Virus record (IMG/VR): IMGVR_UViG_2811994991_000003
Location: 4,601 to 68,600 of that record
Direction: 5' to 3' (one strand)
Length of the DNA stretch: 64,000 bases
Source of the DNA: a virus
Lineage: Duplodnaviria; Caudoviricetes
Positions 9,950 through 20,456 of the stretch are shown piece by piece (positions within the stretch are counted from its first letter, which is position 1; each line of letters opens with the position of its first letter). Both the position numbers and the translations under genes were made by a program. Under the pieces are notes generated by a model. That model was not told the DNA's origin, ran no database searches, and worked only from the letters and a program-made list of their open reading frames with translations.

Positions 9950-10362
9950 AGGCCAGCCTCCCGGATGCGCTGACAATACGAGGCGCGCACCGCCATAAAT
10001 CCCGCCAGACAGGACAGATAAAACAGCGCGAAAAGAAGATGCCCGCCTGAAACAAGGCAGGGAAAGGTGAATGCCAGCATCAGAACCGACCAGAATTTTC
10101 GGCGGGCGGGCGACTGATAAAAGAAAATCAGGCTCACAATCAGCACGGCATAAATACGGTCTATACCACCCTCACGCCGGTGCCTGAGCCAGTATTCGGA
10201 CACCGCCGCGCCGGTCAGGCCGCCAGCGAAACAGATCAGGCAGATAAACAGCGCGAGGATCACAATAAAATTCACTGCCACACTGTCCGGGTAAATTAAC
10301 CCCAGCAGTAACATCAGGCCGGTCATCGCTTTGACAGCCGGTAAAATTAAACGTGTGTTCAC
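9934..10362 (-). CDS. Membrane protein of lysis cassette (LysA-position, putative antiholin)
   Basis: About 4 hydrophobic segments; between endolysin and lysB. Confidence 0.65.
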   Translation of the reverse strand: MNTRLILPAVKAMTGLMLLLGLIYPDSVAVNFIVILALFICLICFAGGLTGAAVSEYWLRHRREGGIDRIYAVLIVSLIFFYQSPARRKFWSVLMLAFTFPCLVSGGHLLFALFYLSCLAGFMAVRASYCQRIREAGLCQNS

Positions 10363-10871
10363 TGATTTACCCCTTTCATGCACCAGGCCAGCTCGCGCTT
10401 GCGGCGGTTTTCCAGTCCGGTATTTCTGACGCCATCGATATAGACCCAGCGCGGGAGCTGGTTACATGCCTGTTGCCACTTTTTCTGATTCAGGAAATAG
10501 ACCAGTGTCGACTTACAGGCAGCGCCGGTGCCGACGTTAAAGGCGAAACTGACCACGGCGTCGTAAACCTGCGGCGGCATGTCGACCGGCGCGCAGACCG
10601 CAAGGCGGCGCTCCGTGTTCAGCACGTCTGCCACAAGATTTTTTGCCGCGTCCTGCTCCGTGATATCGCGTTTCGGCGCGACCCCGGCAGTGTGGCCGAT
10701 GCCTGATGTCCATACCCCCGCGCTGCACTGATAGGGGCGCAGACGGCACCCCTCAAGGTCTGCCAGCAGGGCGAGCCCGTCCGGCGAGGTACGGAGTAAA
10801 CGAAAATCAGGCAACAGTGCCGCCAGTGCCAGCACCGCGACCACACTGCAACGCTTAACGATTGATGACAT
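10359..10871 (-). CDS. Endolysin, GH24 lysozyme with SAR-like N-terminus
   Basis: EGCRLRPYQCSAGVWTSGIGHT; hydrophobic N-terminus. Confidence 0.93.
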   Translation of the reverse strand: MSSIVKRCSVVAVLALAALLPDFRLLRTSPDGLALLADLEGCRLRPYQCSAGVWTSGIGHTAGVAPKRDITEQDAAKNLVADVLNTERRLAVCAPVDMPPQVYDAVVSFAFNVGTGAACKSTLVYFLNQKKWQQACNQLPRWVYIDGVRNTGLENRRKRELAWCMKGVNQ

Positions 10872-11091
10872 TGTTAATCTCCTTACTGCTCAGGGCGTTT
10901 TGTCCGAGCTGTAGCGCAAGCAGCGCGTAGCTTTTGCGCCGGTAATACCAGTTCACCCCGACGGTCGCCACGACGCCCAGCGCGCCGAAATACGCGGCAA
11001 AGTCCTGCGGCGTCATGGCACCAAAGAAGGTCAGCGCGACGCTTATCCAGTAGGCGAGCGAGGAGGTGATTTTTTCCATACTCAGTCCCAT
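10855..11091 (-). CDS. Holin (HP1 family)
   Basis: 78 aa, TM segment followed by VNWYYRRK. Confidence 0.88.
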   Translation of the reverse strand: MGLSMEKITSSLAYWISVALTFFGAMTPQDFAAYFGALGVVATVGVNWYYRRKSYALLALQLGQNALSSKEINNVINR

Positions 11092-11285
11092 AAATTCACC
11101 GTTTCCTGTACGGGCGCGGTCTGAATGTCCGGCAGTTCAATCGCCGTGCCATAAGGCAGCACCGCGCCGAGTTCAGCCAGCCCCGGATTCGCAGCGAGCA
11201 CCGCCTCGAATACCCCCTCCGTGCGCCCGTAATGGCGGGCGCAGACGACATCGAGCGTGTCGCCCTGATGCGCGATGACCTTCAT
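11082..11285 (-). CDS. X: Tail protein X
   Basis: 67 aa, MKVIAHQGDTLD...ANPGLA. Confidence 0.93.
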   Translation of the reverse strand: MKVIAHQGDTLDVVCARHYGRTEGVFEAVLAANPGLAELGAVLPYGTAIELPDIQTAPVQETVNLWD

Positions 11286-11791
11286 CAGATTTGCCCCACG
11301 ATGCAGCGCGGTTTGTCCTGAATGCGCGCCACTGACCAGCGCATGTCCCGCCACAGTTCATCAATCGTGGTATCGATGCTGTCGGCTTTTTTATCGCCTT
11401 TCGCGCTCGCATCCACGCCGCGATAACGCTCATACAGGGTGGCGGTCGCCATTGCACACACGGCGCGCTGGTAGTGAAAAACCCGCGTGCTCTCGCCGTC
11501 GATATCATCCGAGGGCACATCCGCGAGGCGCGCAAAGCCCGCCTTAATCTGGCTCTCGCGGTACTCAAAAAGCTCGGCGTTCGTCTCGGCAATGCCGGTT
11601 TTGATGGCATGGCGCAACCGCGCCGGGGCAATGGTCTGCTCAAGGCGCATCAGCTCGCGCACACGCTTCGGCTCGATATCAGGAAAGAAAAAGGTGTTTT
11701 TTATCACCGGCTCGTCGCCCGCGGGCGGCGGGATGACCACCGTGTTATCCGGCGGCGGTGCGTCGGTTTTATTAATAATCAGCGTCATCAT
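11285..11791 (-). CDS. L: Head completion protein L
   Basis: NTFFFPDIEP...LYERYRGVDASAKGDKKAD. Confidence 0.93.
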   Translation of the reverse strand: MMTLIINKTDAPPPDNTVVIPPPAGDEPVIKNTFFFPDIEPKRVRELMRLEQTIAPARLRHAIKTGIAETNAELFEYRESQIKAGFARLADVPSDDIDGESTRVFHYQRAVCAMATATLYERYRGVDASAKGDKKADSIDTTIDELWRDMRWSVARIQDKPRCIVGQI

Positions 11792-11887
11792 GACTACCTC
11801 TGAAAAGGTGGGCGGTGGACGCCGGTCGCGTAAAAGGTGAAACACCTTCACTGACCAGCGTGCCGCCCTGGCGCGGGGCGCATTCTG

Positions 11888-12646
11888 TTAACCGGCGTTT
11901 TTGCGGGGGCGTCCCCGCCCGCGTTTCGCCGGTGTGGCTGTTTTTTTCTGTGTCGCGGCTTTCGTGGGCGCTTTCGGCGCGGGTTTTGCGGCAACAGGTT
12001 TCGGATTCAGCTCGCGCGTGAGCCGCTCAATGTCCTTACGCACTCCGGCATTACGGTCGAGCTGGATCGCGCGTTGCAGATGGGTCCTGGCGTCAGTGAG
12101 CTGACCGGCATCGCGCAGTGTCAGACCGGCGACCTTATGCAGCCGGGCGCGCACTTCATCGGGCATGTCGGCTTTGGCGGTCATGCTGATGACGTCGAGA
12201 AGGATCGCCGCACTGACCGGCTGACCGGCATCGCGGGCGCGCAGGGCAGCTAGCGCCACCTCTTCGGCCAGCATGTAAGGCACGGTGCGCGCATGGTTCT
12301 CCGGCATCGACAGGTTGTAGCGCAGCGCATAGCGGGCGATTTCCAGCGCGCCGGGAATATCACCGGCATCGAGACGCCACAGCATGACCGTCATTAAAAT
12401 GGCATCCTGCGCGCCGGTGCCGTTCTCCAGCACGCCCGTCACCCACGGCAGATAAAACGGCAGCAGCTCGCGCTTTTTGTCGGCTTTACGCTCTTTCGAG
12501 TGGATTTCTTTCAGCGTCCGGCGGTCTGCGGCCAGCTTAACGAGCATCTGCTCATAAGCGGTGGCATGGCGCAGCGGGGCGTTATCCCGCTGCGCGGCCA
12601 GCATGGCCGAGACCCGCATCGCGTGACGCTGTGCGGGGCTCGCCAT
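11888..12646 (-). CDS. M: Terminase endonuclease subunit M
   Basis: MASPAQRHAMRVSA...VMLWRLDAGD. Confidence 0.94.
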   Translation of the reverse strand: MASPAQRHAMRVSAMLAAQRDNAPLRHATAYEQMLVKLAADRRTLKEIHSKERKADKKRELLPFYLPWVTGVLENGTGAQDAILMTVMLWRLDAGDIPGALEIARYALRYNLSMPENHARTVPYMLAEEVALAALRARDAGQPVSAAILLDVISMTAKADMPDEVRARLHKVAGLTLRDAGQLTDARTHLQRAIQLDRNAGVRKDIERLTRELNPKPVAAKPAPKAPTKAATQKKTATPAKRGRGRPRKNAG

Positions 12647-12649
12647 CGG

Positions 12650-13813
12650 TTACGCTCCTTCGCCGGAGGTGGAAGTTTCCGACCCGCCAGCAGGTGCGGC
12701 CGTCAGGGCTTTCATGGCGTCGACGATTGCCGCCGCAAACACGGTGGCGGTGGTGTCTTCCGGGGTTTCCTCTTCTTCCGGCTCAAGAATTTCGATGTTT
12801 TCAATCAGGCAACCGGCTTCGTAATCTTCAATCACAAAGTCGACCTTCACCTGCTCGTAGTTTTCCACCTGGTCGAGCTTCGGATTCTCGATGATGTGGC
12901 GGCGGTGTCCGTCCTCGTACAGATAAATCGAGAGGTTATCCAGCGTGGTGATCAGAATGCTGTTCGCCGGGAAGAACGGCGCGCGCACCGCCTGTAACTG
13001 GCCGATGGTTTTCTGGCTGATAATCAGCTCCCCGGCCAGTTGCTCGGTGTTCGGCTGGAATTTGTTGATCATCGGGAAATATTTGTCGGTCAGGATGCGA
13101 CGCCCGCACACGACCACCATTTCCGGGTTTTCGCGGTGGATCTCGGCAATCAGCGTTTCATGCGCATCCATCACCAGTGCGTCGAGGTTTTTGTAATGCC
13201 CTTTCTTGCCGACCTTGATGGTCGTGGAAATGACCGCGCCGGTGTCGTCAACGACCTTATTCATGACGCGTTCCGGAGCGTCGTTGCGGTACTTCTGCAA
13301 CCAGCCGACGGCCACATCCTGCAACAGCGGATTTTTCTGGCGGTCTGAGGTTGGCGCACGGCTCACGCCGTTAAAGCCGATGGTGATGTAATCCAGTGCC
13401 TGGCGCTTGACGATCGCGTCGCGGATGCGGGTCTGAAAATCCTGAAAACGCGCCCATAAATCGAGCTTGTTGTACTTCATGTGAAAATCGAAGTTCACCG
13501 GCTGACAGAAATAGCGGTAAGCGTCCATTTTCGAAAAATCAGCGGTCTTGCGTTCATCACCGTTCGCGGTGTCGGCGGTACTGGCAATCGTGCCGTTGAC
13601 ATCAATGCCGATTTTCTCCTCGGTCAGCTCGCCGACCACCACCATATTGATTTTTTGCAGGAACGAAGAGGATTGCTGGATTTTGTCAAACAGCGTCTGC
13701 GTCACTGACGGCTCAACGCTGAATTTCTTGCTCAGGTCGTCCACGCTGACGAAATTCAGCTCAGCGAGGCGGGTCAGGTAGGCATTAAATTTAAAGCGGG
13801 TTTCTTTACGCAT
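12650..13813 (-). CDS. N: Major capsid protein N
   Basis: MRKETRFKFNAYL...NPLLQDVAVGWLQKYR. Confidence 0.97.
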   Translation of the reverse strand: MRKETRFKFNAYLTRLAELNFVSVDDLSKKFSVEPSVTQTLFDKIQQSSSFLQKINMVVVGELTEEKIGIDVNGTIASTADTANGDERKTADFSKMDAYRYFCQPVNFDFHMKYNKLDLWARFQDFQTRIRDAIVKRQALDYITIGFNGVSRAPTSDRQKNPLLQDVAVGWLQKYRNDAPERVMNKVVDDTGAVISTTIKVGKKGHYKNLDALVMDAHETLIAEIHRENPEMVVVCGRRILTDKYFPMINKFQPNTEQLAGELIISQKTIGQLQAVRAPFFPANSILITTLDNLSIYLYEDGHRRHIIENPKLDQVENYEQVKVDFVIEDYEAGCLIENIEILEPEEEETPEDTTATVFAAAIVDAMKALTAAPAGGSETSTSGEGA

Positions 13814-13849
13814 TGTGTCGTTTGTCCTGTGATGAAAAAGGGAGGCCGG

Positions 13850-14707
13850 TTAGCAGTCGGTCAGCGCAGCGGTTGCACCGTCGCCGCCGGTGCTCAGTTT
13901 GCGGCGCGGCTGCGTGTTACCCGGTGTTTTGTCCAGGGTTGCGGTGATCGCACTGAATTGCTCAGTGGTTTTGCTCGCCTCATCGGTGACACTTTTCTTA
14001 AGCGCAGCGAGCTCGGTTTCCAGCGAGGCGAAACGCGTTTCGGCGCTGTCGTTGCTGGTCTGGACACGTTCGGCAATGGTGGTCACGGCTTCGTGAACGT
14101 CATTAAAACGGGCGTCGTCGGAAGACTGGCGGCGGCTGAAAATGGCTTTCACCGAGTCGGTCAGTTTGTTCAGCAGGGTTTCGGGGGCGTCTTCGAATTC
14201 CAGCTCGGCCAGGGTGGCAACAGAGAACAGGTTTTCCGGGCTGGCCTTGAAACGCTGGAGCGGGTTGTGTTTGGCGGTGCGGCAGAATTCCAGATACTCG
14301 GTGCCGAGGCTTGCCGGGTCATCAGTGACGGCCAGGCCAACCAGATAGCATTTGCCGCTGTTGGCGAAATTCGGCTGAATTTCCATTGAGGTGTAAACTT
14401 TCTGGCCTTTCGCCACCATATCGACCAGCGTGTCGAGCGGGGCAATTTTGCCGAACAGCGCCAGCTTGCCGTTAAGCGCGGAATCGTCCTCGATTTTCTC
14501 CGCTTTCAGCTCAACCACATCCCCGTAACGGGCGAAAGCGCCGTCAGGCAACAGGCCGCGCAGGTGTTCGAGGTTGATGCGGCAGCCGTAAACACGCGGG
14601 TCGAATGAATCGGCCATTTCCTGAATATCGGCCGCGCTGATAATGCGCCCGTCGCAGGTGTCACCCTCGACGCCGATACGAAAGAATTTTGAGACTTTTT
14701 TTGCCAT
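13850..14707 (-). CDS. O: Capsid scaffolding/protease O
   Basis: FFRIGVEGDTCDGR...GLAVTDDPASLGTE. Confidence 0.96.
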   Translation of the reverse strand: MAKKVSKFFRIGVEGDTCDGRIISAADIQEMADSFDPRVYGCRINLEHLRGLLPDGAFARYGDVVELKAEKIEDDSALNGKLALFGKIAPLDTLVDMVAKGQKVYTSMEIQPNFANSGKCYLVGLAVTDDPASLGTEYLEFCRTAKHNPLQRFKASPENLFSVATLAELEFEDAPETLLNKLTDSVKAIFSRRQSSDDARFNDVHEAVTTIAERVQTSNDSAETRFASLETELAALKKSVTDEASKTTEQFSAITATLDKTPGNTQPRRKLSTGGDGATAALTDC

Positions 14708-14884
14708 CGTCAGCAGTCCTGATTGTGTGTGAAGGAGTCACGTTGATTTCAGGGGCTAGTTTCCCGGCTCGTCCGCTGGTTCGCCATCAGTCACGGATGG
14801 CTTGCCCCCTGCACATCAGCCGCTTAGCGAATCGCCGGTCGCGCTTAAGTAGCCTTGCCCTGTATCCATGACGGCGAGGCAGGC

Positions 14885-16654
14885 ATGACCATCACCACCG
14901 ACACCACACTTTTAAACGACCCGCGACGACAGGCGGCGCTGTTGTACTGGCAGGGGTTTTCCGTGCCGCAGATCGCGGAAATGTTGCAGACCAAACGCCC
15001 GACGGTGCAGAGCTGGAAACAGCGCGACGGATGGGACGACACCGCCCCGTTAGACCGGGTGGGAAACACACTGGAGGCACGGTTAATTCAGCTCTACGCC
15101 AAACCGGAGCTGACCGCGCACGATTTCAAGGTTGCTGATTTTCTGGCGCGCCAGATGGAGCGCTTTGCGCGCATCAACCGTTACGGCCAGACCGGCAACG
15201 AGGCCGACCTGAATCCGAACGTGGCGAACCGCAATAAAGGGGAGCGCAGGAAACCGAAAAAGAATTATTTCAGCGAGGAAGCTATCGAAAAACTGGAAGA
15301 GATTTTCTTCGACCAGTCTTTCGCGTATCAGCTCGGCTGGCACAAGGCCGGGCTGGAGCACCGTATCAGGCATATCCTTAAATCCCGCCAGATTGGCGCG
15401 ACATTTTATTTTGCCCGCGAGGCGCTGTTACGCGCCCTGCAAACCGGCCAGAACCAGATATTTTTATCCGCGTCCAAAACACAGGCGCATGTGTTCCGCA
15501 AATACATCATCGCCTTTGCCCGCCTTGTCGATGTTGACCTGTCAGGCGACCCGATTGTTATCGGCAATAACGGCGCGGAGCTGTTATTTCTCGGCACCAA
15601 CTCAAACACCGCGCAGAGCCATAACGGCGACCTGTATGTCGATGAAATTTTCTGGATCCCCAATTTTCAGAAACTGCGCAAAGTGGCGTCGGGCATGGCG
15701 TCGCAAAAACACCTGCGCACCACCTATTTTTCGACGCCATCCTCGCTGGGTCACGGTGCGTACCCGTTCTGGTCGGGCGACCTGTTTAACCGGGGGCGCG
15801 CCAGCGCCAGCGAGCGGGTTGATATCGATATCAGCCACGCGGCGTTAGCGCGCGGTGTGGCGTGCGCAGATGGTCAGTGGCGGCAGATTGTCACCATTGA
15901 GGACGCGCTCGCCGGAGGCTGTACGCTGTTTGACCTGGAGGCACTGCGGCGGGAAAACAGTGCGGATGACTTCCGCAACCTGTTTATGTGTGAGTTTGTC
16001 GATGACAAGGCGTCGGTGTTCCCGTTCGAGGAGCTGCAACGCTGCATGGTCGACAGTATGGAGGAATGGGAGGATTTCACGCCCTTTGCCGACCGGCCAT
16101 TCGGGCATCGCGTGGTGTGGATTGGTTACGACCCCTCGCACCGTGGCGACAGCGCCGGATGCGTGGTTATCGCGCCGCCGGTGGTTACCGGGGGCAAATT
16201 CCGCATTCTGGAGCACCACCAGTGGAAAGGGATGGACTTCGCCACACAGGCCGAATCCATCCGCGAGCTCACGCAAAAATACAACGTGGAATACATCGGC
16301 ATCGACTCGACCGGGCTCGGTCAGGGCGTGTTTCAGCTTGTGCGCTCGTTTTACCCGGCAGCGCGTGACATCCGCTACACACCGGAAATGAAAACCGCAA
16401 TGGTGCTCAAGGCAAAAGACACCATCACGCGCGGTTGCCTCGAATACGACGTCAGCGCAACCGACATCACGCAGTCGTTTATGTCCATCCGCAAAACCAT
16501 GACCAGCAGCGGGCGCAGCGCCACCTATGAGGCCAGCCGCACCGAGGAAGCCAGCCACGCAGATCTCGCCTGGGCGACCATGCACGTACTGATTAACGAA
16601 CCGCTGACCGCCGCGACCGGCCAGTCGTCATCCTCCATTCTGGACTTCAACTGA
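14885..16654 (+). CDS. P: Terminase ATPase subunit P
   Basis: LKSRQIGAT Walker A, DE Walker B; divergent from O. Confidence 0.97.
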   Translation: MTITTDTTLLNDPRRQAALLYWQGFSVPQIAEMLQTKRPTVQSWKQRDGWDDTAPLDRVGNTLEARLIQLYAKPELTAHDFKVADFLARQMERFARINRYGQTGNEADLNPNVANRNKGERRKPKKNYFSEEAIEKLEEIFFDQSFAYQLGWHKAGLEHRIRHILKSRQIGATFYFAREALLRALQTGQNQIFLSASKTQAHVFRKYIIAFARLVDVDLSGDPIVIGNNGAELLFLGTNSNTAQSHNGDLYVDEIFWIPNFQKLRKVASGMASQKHLRTTYFSTPSSLGHGAYPFWSGDLFNRGRASASERVDIDISHAALARGVACADGQWRQIVTIEDALAGGCTLFDLEALRRENSADDFRNLFMCEFVDDKASVFPFEELQRCMVDSMEEWEDFTPFADRPFGHRVVWIGYDPSHRGDSAGCVVIAPPVVTGGKFRILEHHQWKGMDFATQAESIRELTQKYNVEYIGIDSTGLGQGVFQLVRSFYPAARDIRYTPEMKTAMVLKAKDTITRGCLEYDVSATDITQSFMSIRKTMTSSGRSATYEASRTEEASHADLAWATMHVLINEPLTAATGQSSSSILDFN

Positions 16655-17691
16655 TGAGCAAAAATAAAAAACAAAAATACACACCGAAACCTCGCCAGCA
16701 CACCGCCGCGCCCGCGCAGAGCATGGAGGCGTTTACCTTCGGCGAACCGGTGCCGGTGCTCGACAGGCGCGAAATTCTCGATTATGTCGAATGCGTCCAT
16801 AACGGCCAGTGGTACGAGCCGCCGATAAGTTTTTCGGGGCTGGCGAAAAGCATGCGCGCCGCCGTTCACCACAGCTCGCCGGTTTACGTCAAACGTAACA
16901 TTCTGGTGTCGACGTATATCCCGCACCCGCTGTTATCACGTCAGGATTTCAGCCGCTTTGCGCTCGATTATATGGTGTTTGGTAACGCGTTCATTGAGGA
17001 GCGCCGGAGCTACACCGACAAGCCGGTTAAATATGAAACCTCACCGGCAAAATACACCCGGCGCGGCGTGGAAGAGGATACCTACTGGTATATTCAGAAC
17101 TTCACGAAACCGCATCAGTTTGCGCCCGGTTCCGTGTTCCACCTGCTTGAGCCGGATATTAACCAGGAGATTTACGGGATGCCGGAATATCTCAGCGCGC
17201 TTAACTCGGCCTGGCTGAATGAGTCGGCGACGCTGTTCCGCCGTAAGTATTACCAGAACGGCGCACACGCGGGTTACATCATGTACGTGACGGATGCGGC
17301 GCAAAGCAGCACGGACGTGGAGGCGCTGCGCAAGGCGATGCGGGATTCGAAAGGGCTCGGCAATTTTAAGAACTTGTTTTTCTACGCGCCGAACGGAAAA
17401 GCCGACGGCATTAAAATCGTGCCGCTGAGTGAAGTCGCCACCAAAGACGATTTTTTTAATATCAAGAAAGTCAGCGCGGGCGACCTGCTGGACGCGCACC
17501 GCATCCCATTCCAGTTGATGGGCGGCAAGCCAGAGAATGCTGGCTCAATCGGGGACGTTGAGAAGGTGGCAAAGGTCTTTGTACGCAACGAACTGATACC
17601 GCTGCAATCGCGGTTTCTGGAGCTGAACGAATGGGCGGGCGAGGAGATCATCAGGTTTCAGAAATACTCGCTCGACCCCGACAACGAATAG
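16654..17691 (+). CDS. Q: Portal protein Q (PBSX family)
   Basis: AFTFGEPVPVLD...FRRKYYQNGAHAG. Confidence 0.97.
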   Translation: MSKNKKQKYTPKPRQHTAAPAQSMEAFTFGEPVPVLDRREILDYVECVHNGQWYEPPISFSGLAKSMRAAVHHSSPVYVKRNILVSTYIPHPLLSRQDFSRFALDYMVFGNAFIEERRSYTDKPVKYETSPAKYTRRGVEEDTYWYIQNFTKPHQFAPGSVFHLLEPDINQEIYGMPEYLSALNSAWLNESATLFRRKYYQNGAHAGYIMYVTDAAQSSTDVEALRKAMRDSKGLGNFKNLFFYAPNGKADGIKIVPLSEVATKDDFFNIKKVSAGDLLDAHRIPFQLMGGKPENAGSIGDVEKVAKVFVRNELIPLQSRFLELNEWAGEEIIRFQKYSLDPDNE

Positions 17692-17700
17692 CCCACCACT

Positions 17701-17721
17701 GCCGCCGCAGGGCGGCTTTTT
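17701..17721 (+). terminator. Rho-independent terminator after Q
   Basis: GCCGCC-GCAG-GGCGGC followed by TTTTT. Confidence 0.7.
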
Positions 17722-17864
17722 AATGCCCCTCACCAGACCGCGCCAGCGCCCGCACACGGCGAGCATTATTCTCCCGCGCCCCTTGCTCATCATCAGCCAT
17801 TGAATGGCGGCACCGCCTCGCTGACGGGCTGGAAAATAAAAATAAATAACACCTCCGGCGCGCA

Positions 17865-17883
17865 GTGCTTTCCCCGCCTCGCC
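17865..17883 (-). other. cos: P2-type cos site (GGCGAGGCGGGGAAAGCAC)
   Basis: Matches the 19-nt P2/P4 cohesive end; located next to Q. Confidence 0.93.
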
Positions 17884-18022
17884 TGCCCACTTTCCGGGGC
17901 GGTTTTAATGCAGTTGCACGTTAAAACCAAAGCCCATCAGTTTTGATGGGCTAGCGTAAAAACGTCCAACAGAAGTGAATGCAGATTCATGCATATAAAC
18001 ATGCGTGTCCGTAGGATAAAAA

Positions 18023-18892
18023 CTATGCAGCCCTACCTAAATTCACATTAGGAATTTTTAAGGCGTCAGAAAAAATCATTACCTCTTCACCGACCCGTTT
18101 ACTTTGAGCCGTATAACTCAGTGAGTATTCTGTCTGTCTAAATTGTGAATATATTTTTTTTATCTCACTACTGTTATCATAAGAGACAAGCCAGTTTTTA
18201 ATCCCTGAGTTTCTTAAAGAATCCATGACATTGACATGGTCTTCATGTTCATAATAATTTCTATAGAGATCTTGCCCCTTAACATAATAAGGCGGATCCA
18301 AATACACCAACAATTTATCATCAGGAATCTTTAAATCATTAATATTTAAAAGCAATTCAGAAGCATCAAGATTAGTAACTTTAATTCTATTTTTATATCC
18401 GGATATTTTATTAACTCTGGAAATTAGATCGCTTTTATTAAAGCGAACATCCATTTTCCATTCACCCAATTGCGACTTGCCACCAATGACACCGGCTTTT
18501 AAAATTCCAGACCTATTAGTTCTGTTTAAGAAAAAAGCTGCGAAACCTAATTGCAATGAGGGTATTGGATTGACTGAATTTATTATTTCTTTTTGTTCAT
18601 ACCACATATCCATAGTGATATCGCATTTCTCAATCATTGAACAAAGTGCATCGGTTTCATTTATAACAGAGTGCCAAAAACTAAATACAGCCGGATCGGC
18701 ATCATTAATGAGGATATTTCTTACATATTCATTAACTACCAAATCTAAGGCAATAGCTGCCCCGCCAGCATAGGGTTCAACATAACAACCATCCGTGATG
18801 AGGTTTTCCTCAAGCAGAGATTTTATATAATAAGACAACTTTCCCTTACCCCCGGGGTATCTCAGCGGCGTATAAAACCTCATACAATACAA
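18023..18892 (-). CDS. D12-class DNA adenine methyltransferase (PD-lambda-5B-like)
   Basis: PLRYPGGK, EPYAGGA (motif I), YLDPPYY (motif IV); AT-rich. Confidence 0.9.
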   Translation of the reverse strand: MYCMRFYTPLRYPGGKGKLSYYIKSLLEENLITDGCYVEPYAGGAAIALDLVVNEYVRNILINDADPAVFSFWHSVINETDALCSMIEKCDITMDMWYEQKEIINSVNPIPSLQLGFAAFFLNRTNRSGILKAGVIGGKSQLGEWKMDVRFNKSDLISRVNKISGYKNRIKVTNLDASELLLNINDLKIPDDKLLVYLDPPYYVKGQDLYRNYYEHEDHVNVMDSLRNSGIKNWLVSYDNSSEIKKIYSQFRQTEYSLSYTAQSKRVGEEVMIFSDALKIPNVNLGRAA

Positions 18893-18968
18893 CCTCTTAT
18901 AAAAACTTATCTATCAATAATGTTAGCCTAACACAATCCCTGTGAATTTTCCATTAGATAACATATAG

Positions 18969-20456
18969 TTATAATGAGACACGCTCCCAAATAGCCTCAA
19001 TCAAAGGCTGAAAATTATCCCATTCTGTATTTACAAATTCTTTCGTTGGGATCAAATTTTCATTATGAACATACTGTTGTAAAGAGGAGCTAGAATTTGT
19101 TGTCTGTTTCGAGTAAGTTTGTATGGCAGTTTTCTTCGGCCCATTAATTAGTTTTTTCTCAAATAAATCCGTGGAAACCATTACAACCTTATCATGTAAA
19201 CCCGGTGTTTTTTGCGGATTCTTTCGATCATGATAAATAAGATTATTACTATCAATATATACATTCAAAGAAAGTTCAATAAAAACTCTTAGCATAACTG
19301 CCAATGAATTTTGATGCTCATCATGAGTCATACGTTTCAGTTCTGAAAAAATACGATGACATCTTTTATGCTCTTTGCCGAACTTCAGTGATAGTCCCGT
19401 AGGTATCATATGGTTCCGGTTAACGCTTGCCGGGTTTATCCCTTTTTTTGCCTTGCCTTTATTATCATCATCATCGGTGCCAAAATAATCCACGCCACCG
19501 TGATTATTTCCACCACCACCAACAGGCGTTCCTTGGCCACCTTTAGTATCTTCACCGCCCTTTTGACCACCCTGCGCGTTACCGTCTCCATCAACGGAAT
19601 TTTTAGGCGGCTCTAATAAACGCCATTCTTTTTCTAAAGCCGGAGCAAAGGATGTTAATTGTAACTCTGAAATAAAGTTAGTACGATCTAATTTGAAACG
19701 AATACGGTTAACAGTAAACTCCGTTCTTCCACTCTCGTCAGTTAAAATCATCACATCTAATACTTTTTTAAACTCGCTAATGAAACGTTTTAACGGCTGT
19801 GAGCAAAAAAGGACACCATCGACACCATTAAGATTCAAACTTTTCCTAAAATTCGGGTCGCCAACCAAGCGATCTAGGTTAGTTATTCGAACTCTATTTT
19901 TTTCTTTAATAATATTGTCAAATTCATCTGGGAAAAGATCAATAAATGAATAAAGCTGGTTAGCAAAGGACTCAGTACCGTTTCTAGCCATAAATCTTAG
20001 CTGTTCAGGAGTTGTCCATCCGACACGACCTGCCCCTTCATTTTGACCAGTATGTTTTAAATTAATCCAATGATTATATCCCTCATCATCATACACTACG
20101 CAATCAACACTTAATATATTGAATTTTCTTGCCTTTTTAATCTTCTCAAATGTTGATTCTACTGTCTTATTTTGAGCCAGTGATGGGTTTTCAATTAACT
20201 TCAGAGCTGTAATTCTTCTATTACCTTCCTTAACAATAAACCCTTTTTCCTCATCTTCATTTTCAACAACTATCATCCGTTCAGAAGGGTCTATTCCGTT
20301 ATTCGCAATGTCTCTTGCTAATTTTATTAACTTTGCCCCCTGGCTCTCAACCATGATTTTTATTGCTTCTCGTTGCCCATCCGCGTTTTCACTAAAACGA
20401 GAGTTTTGCACATCTAGCATTAAGTCATTTATATTGATGCTTTTATATTGATACAT
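18969..20456 (-). CDS. ParB-like N-terminal / HEPN-like C-terminal protein (PD-lambda-5A-like)
   Basis: LDVQNSRF, VKEGNRRITALK; Gly-rich linker; AVMLRVFIE...LQQYVHN. Confidence 0.7.
   Translation of the reverse strand: MYQYKSININDLMLDVQNSRFSENADGQREAIKIMVESQGAKLIKLARDIANNGIDPSERMIVVENEDEEKGFIVKEGNRRITALKLIENPSLAQNKTVESTFEKIKKARKFNILSVDCVVYDDEGYNHWINLKHTGQNEGAGRVGWTTPEQLRFMARNGTESFANQLYSFIDLFPDEFDNIIKEKNRVRITNLDRLVGDPNFRKSLNLNGVDGVLFCSQPLKRFISEFKKVLDVMILTDESGRTEFTVNRIRFKLDRTNFISELQLTSFAPALEKEWRLLEPPKNSVDGDGNAQGGQKGGEDTKGGQGTPVGGGGNNHGGVDYFGTDDDDNKGKAKKGINPASVNRNHMIPTGLSLKFGKEHKRCHRIFSELKRMTHDEHQNSLAVMLRVFIELSLNVYIDSNNLIYHDRKNPQKTPGLHDKVVMVSTDLFEKKLINGPKKTAIQTYSKQTTNSSSSLQQYVHNENLIPTKEFVNTEWDNFQPLIEAIWERVSL

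Noticed and set aside
3-17793. Many long antisense or overlapping ORFs in the prophage late region
   Set aside because: Shadow frames of GC-rich structural genes with no motifs
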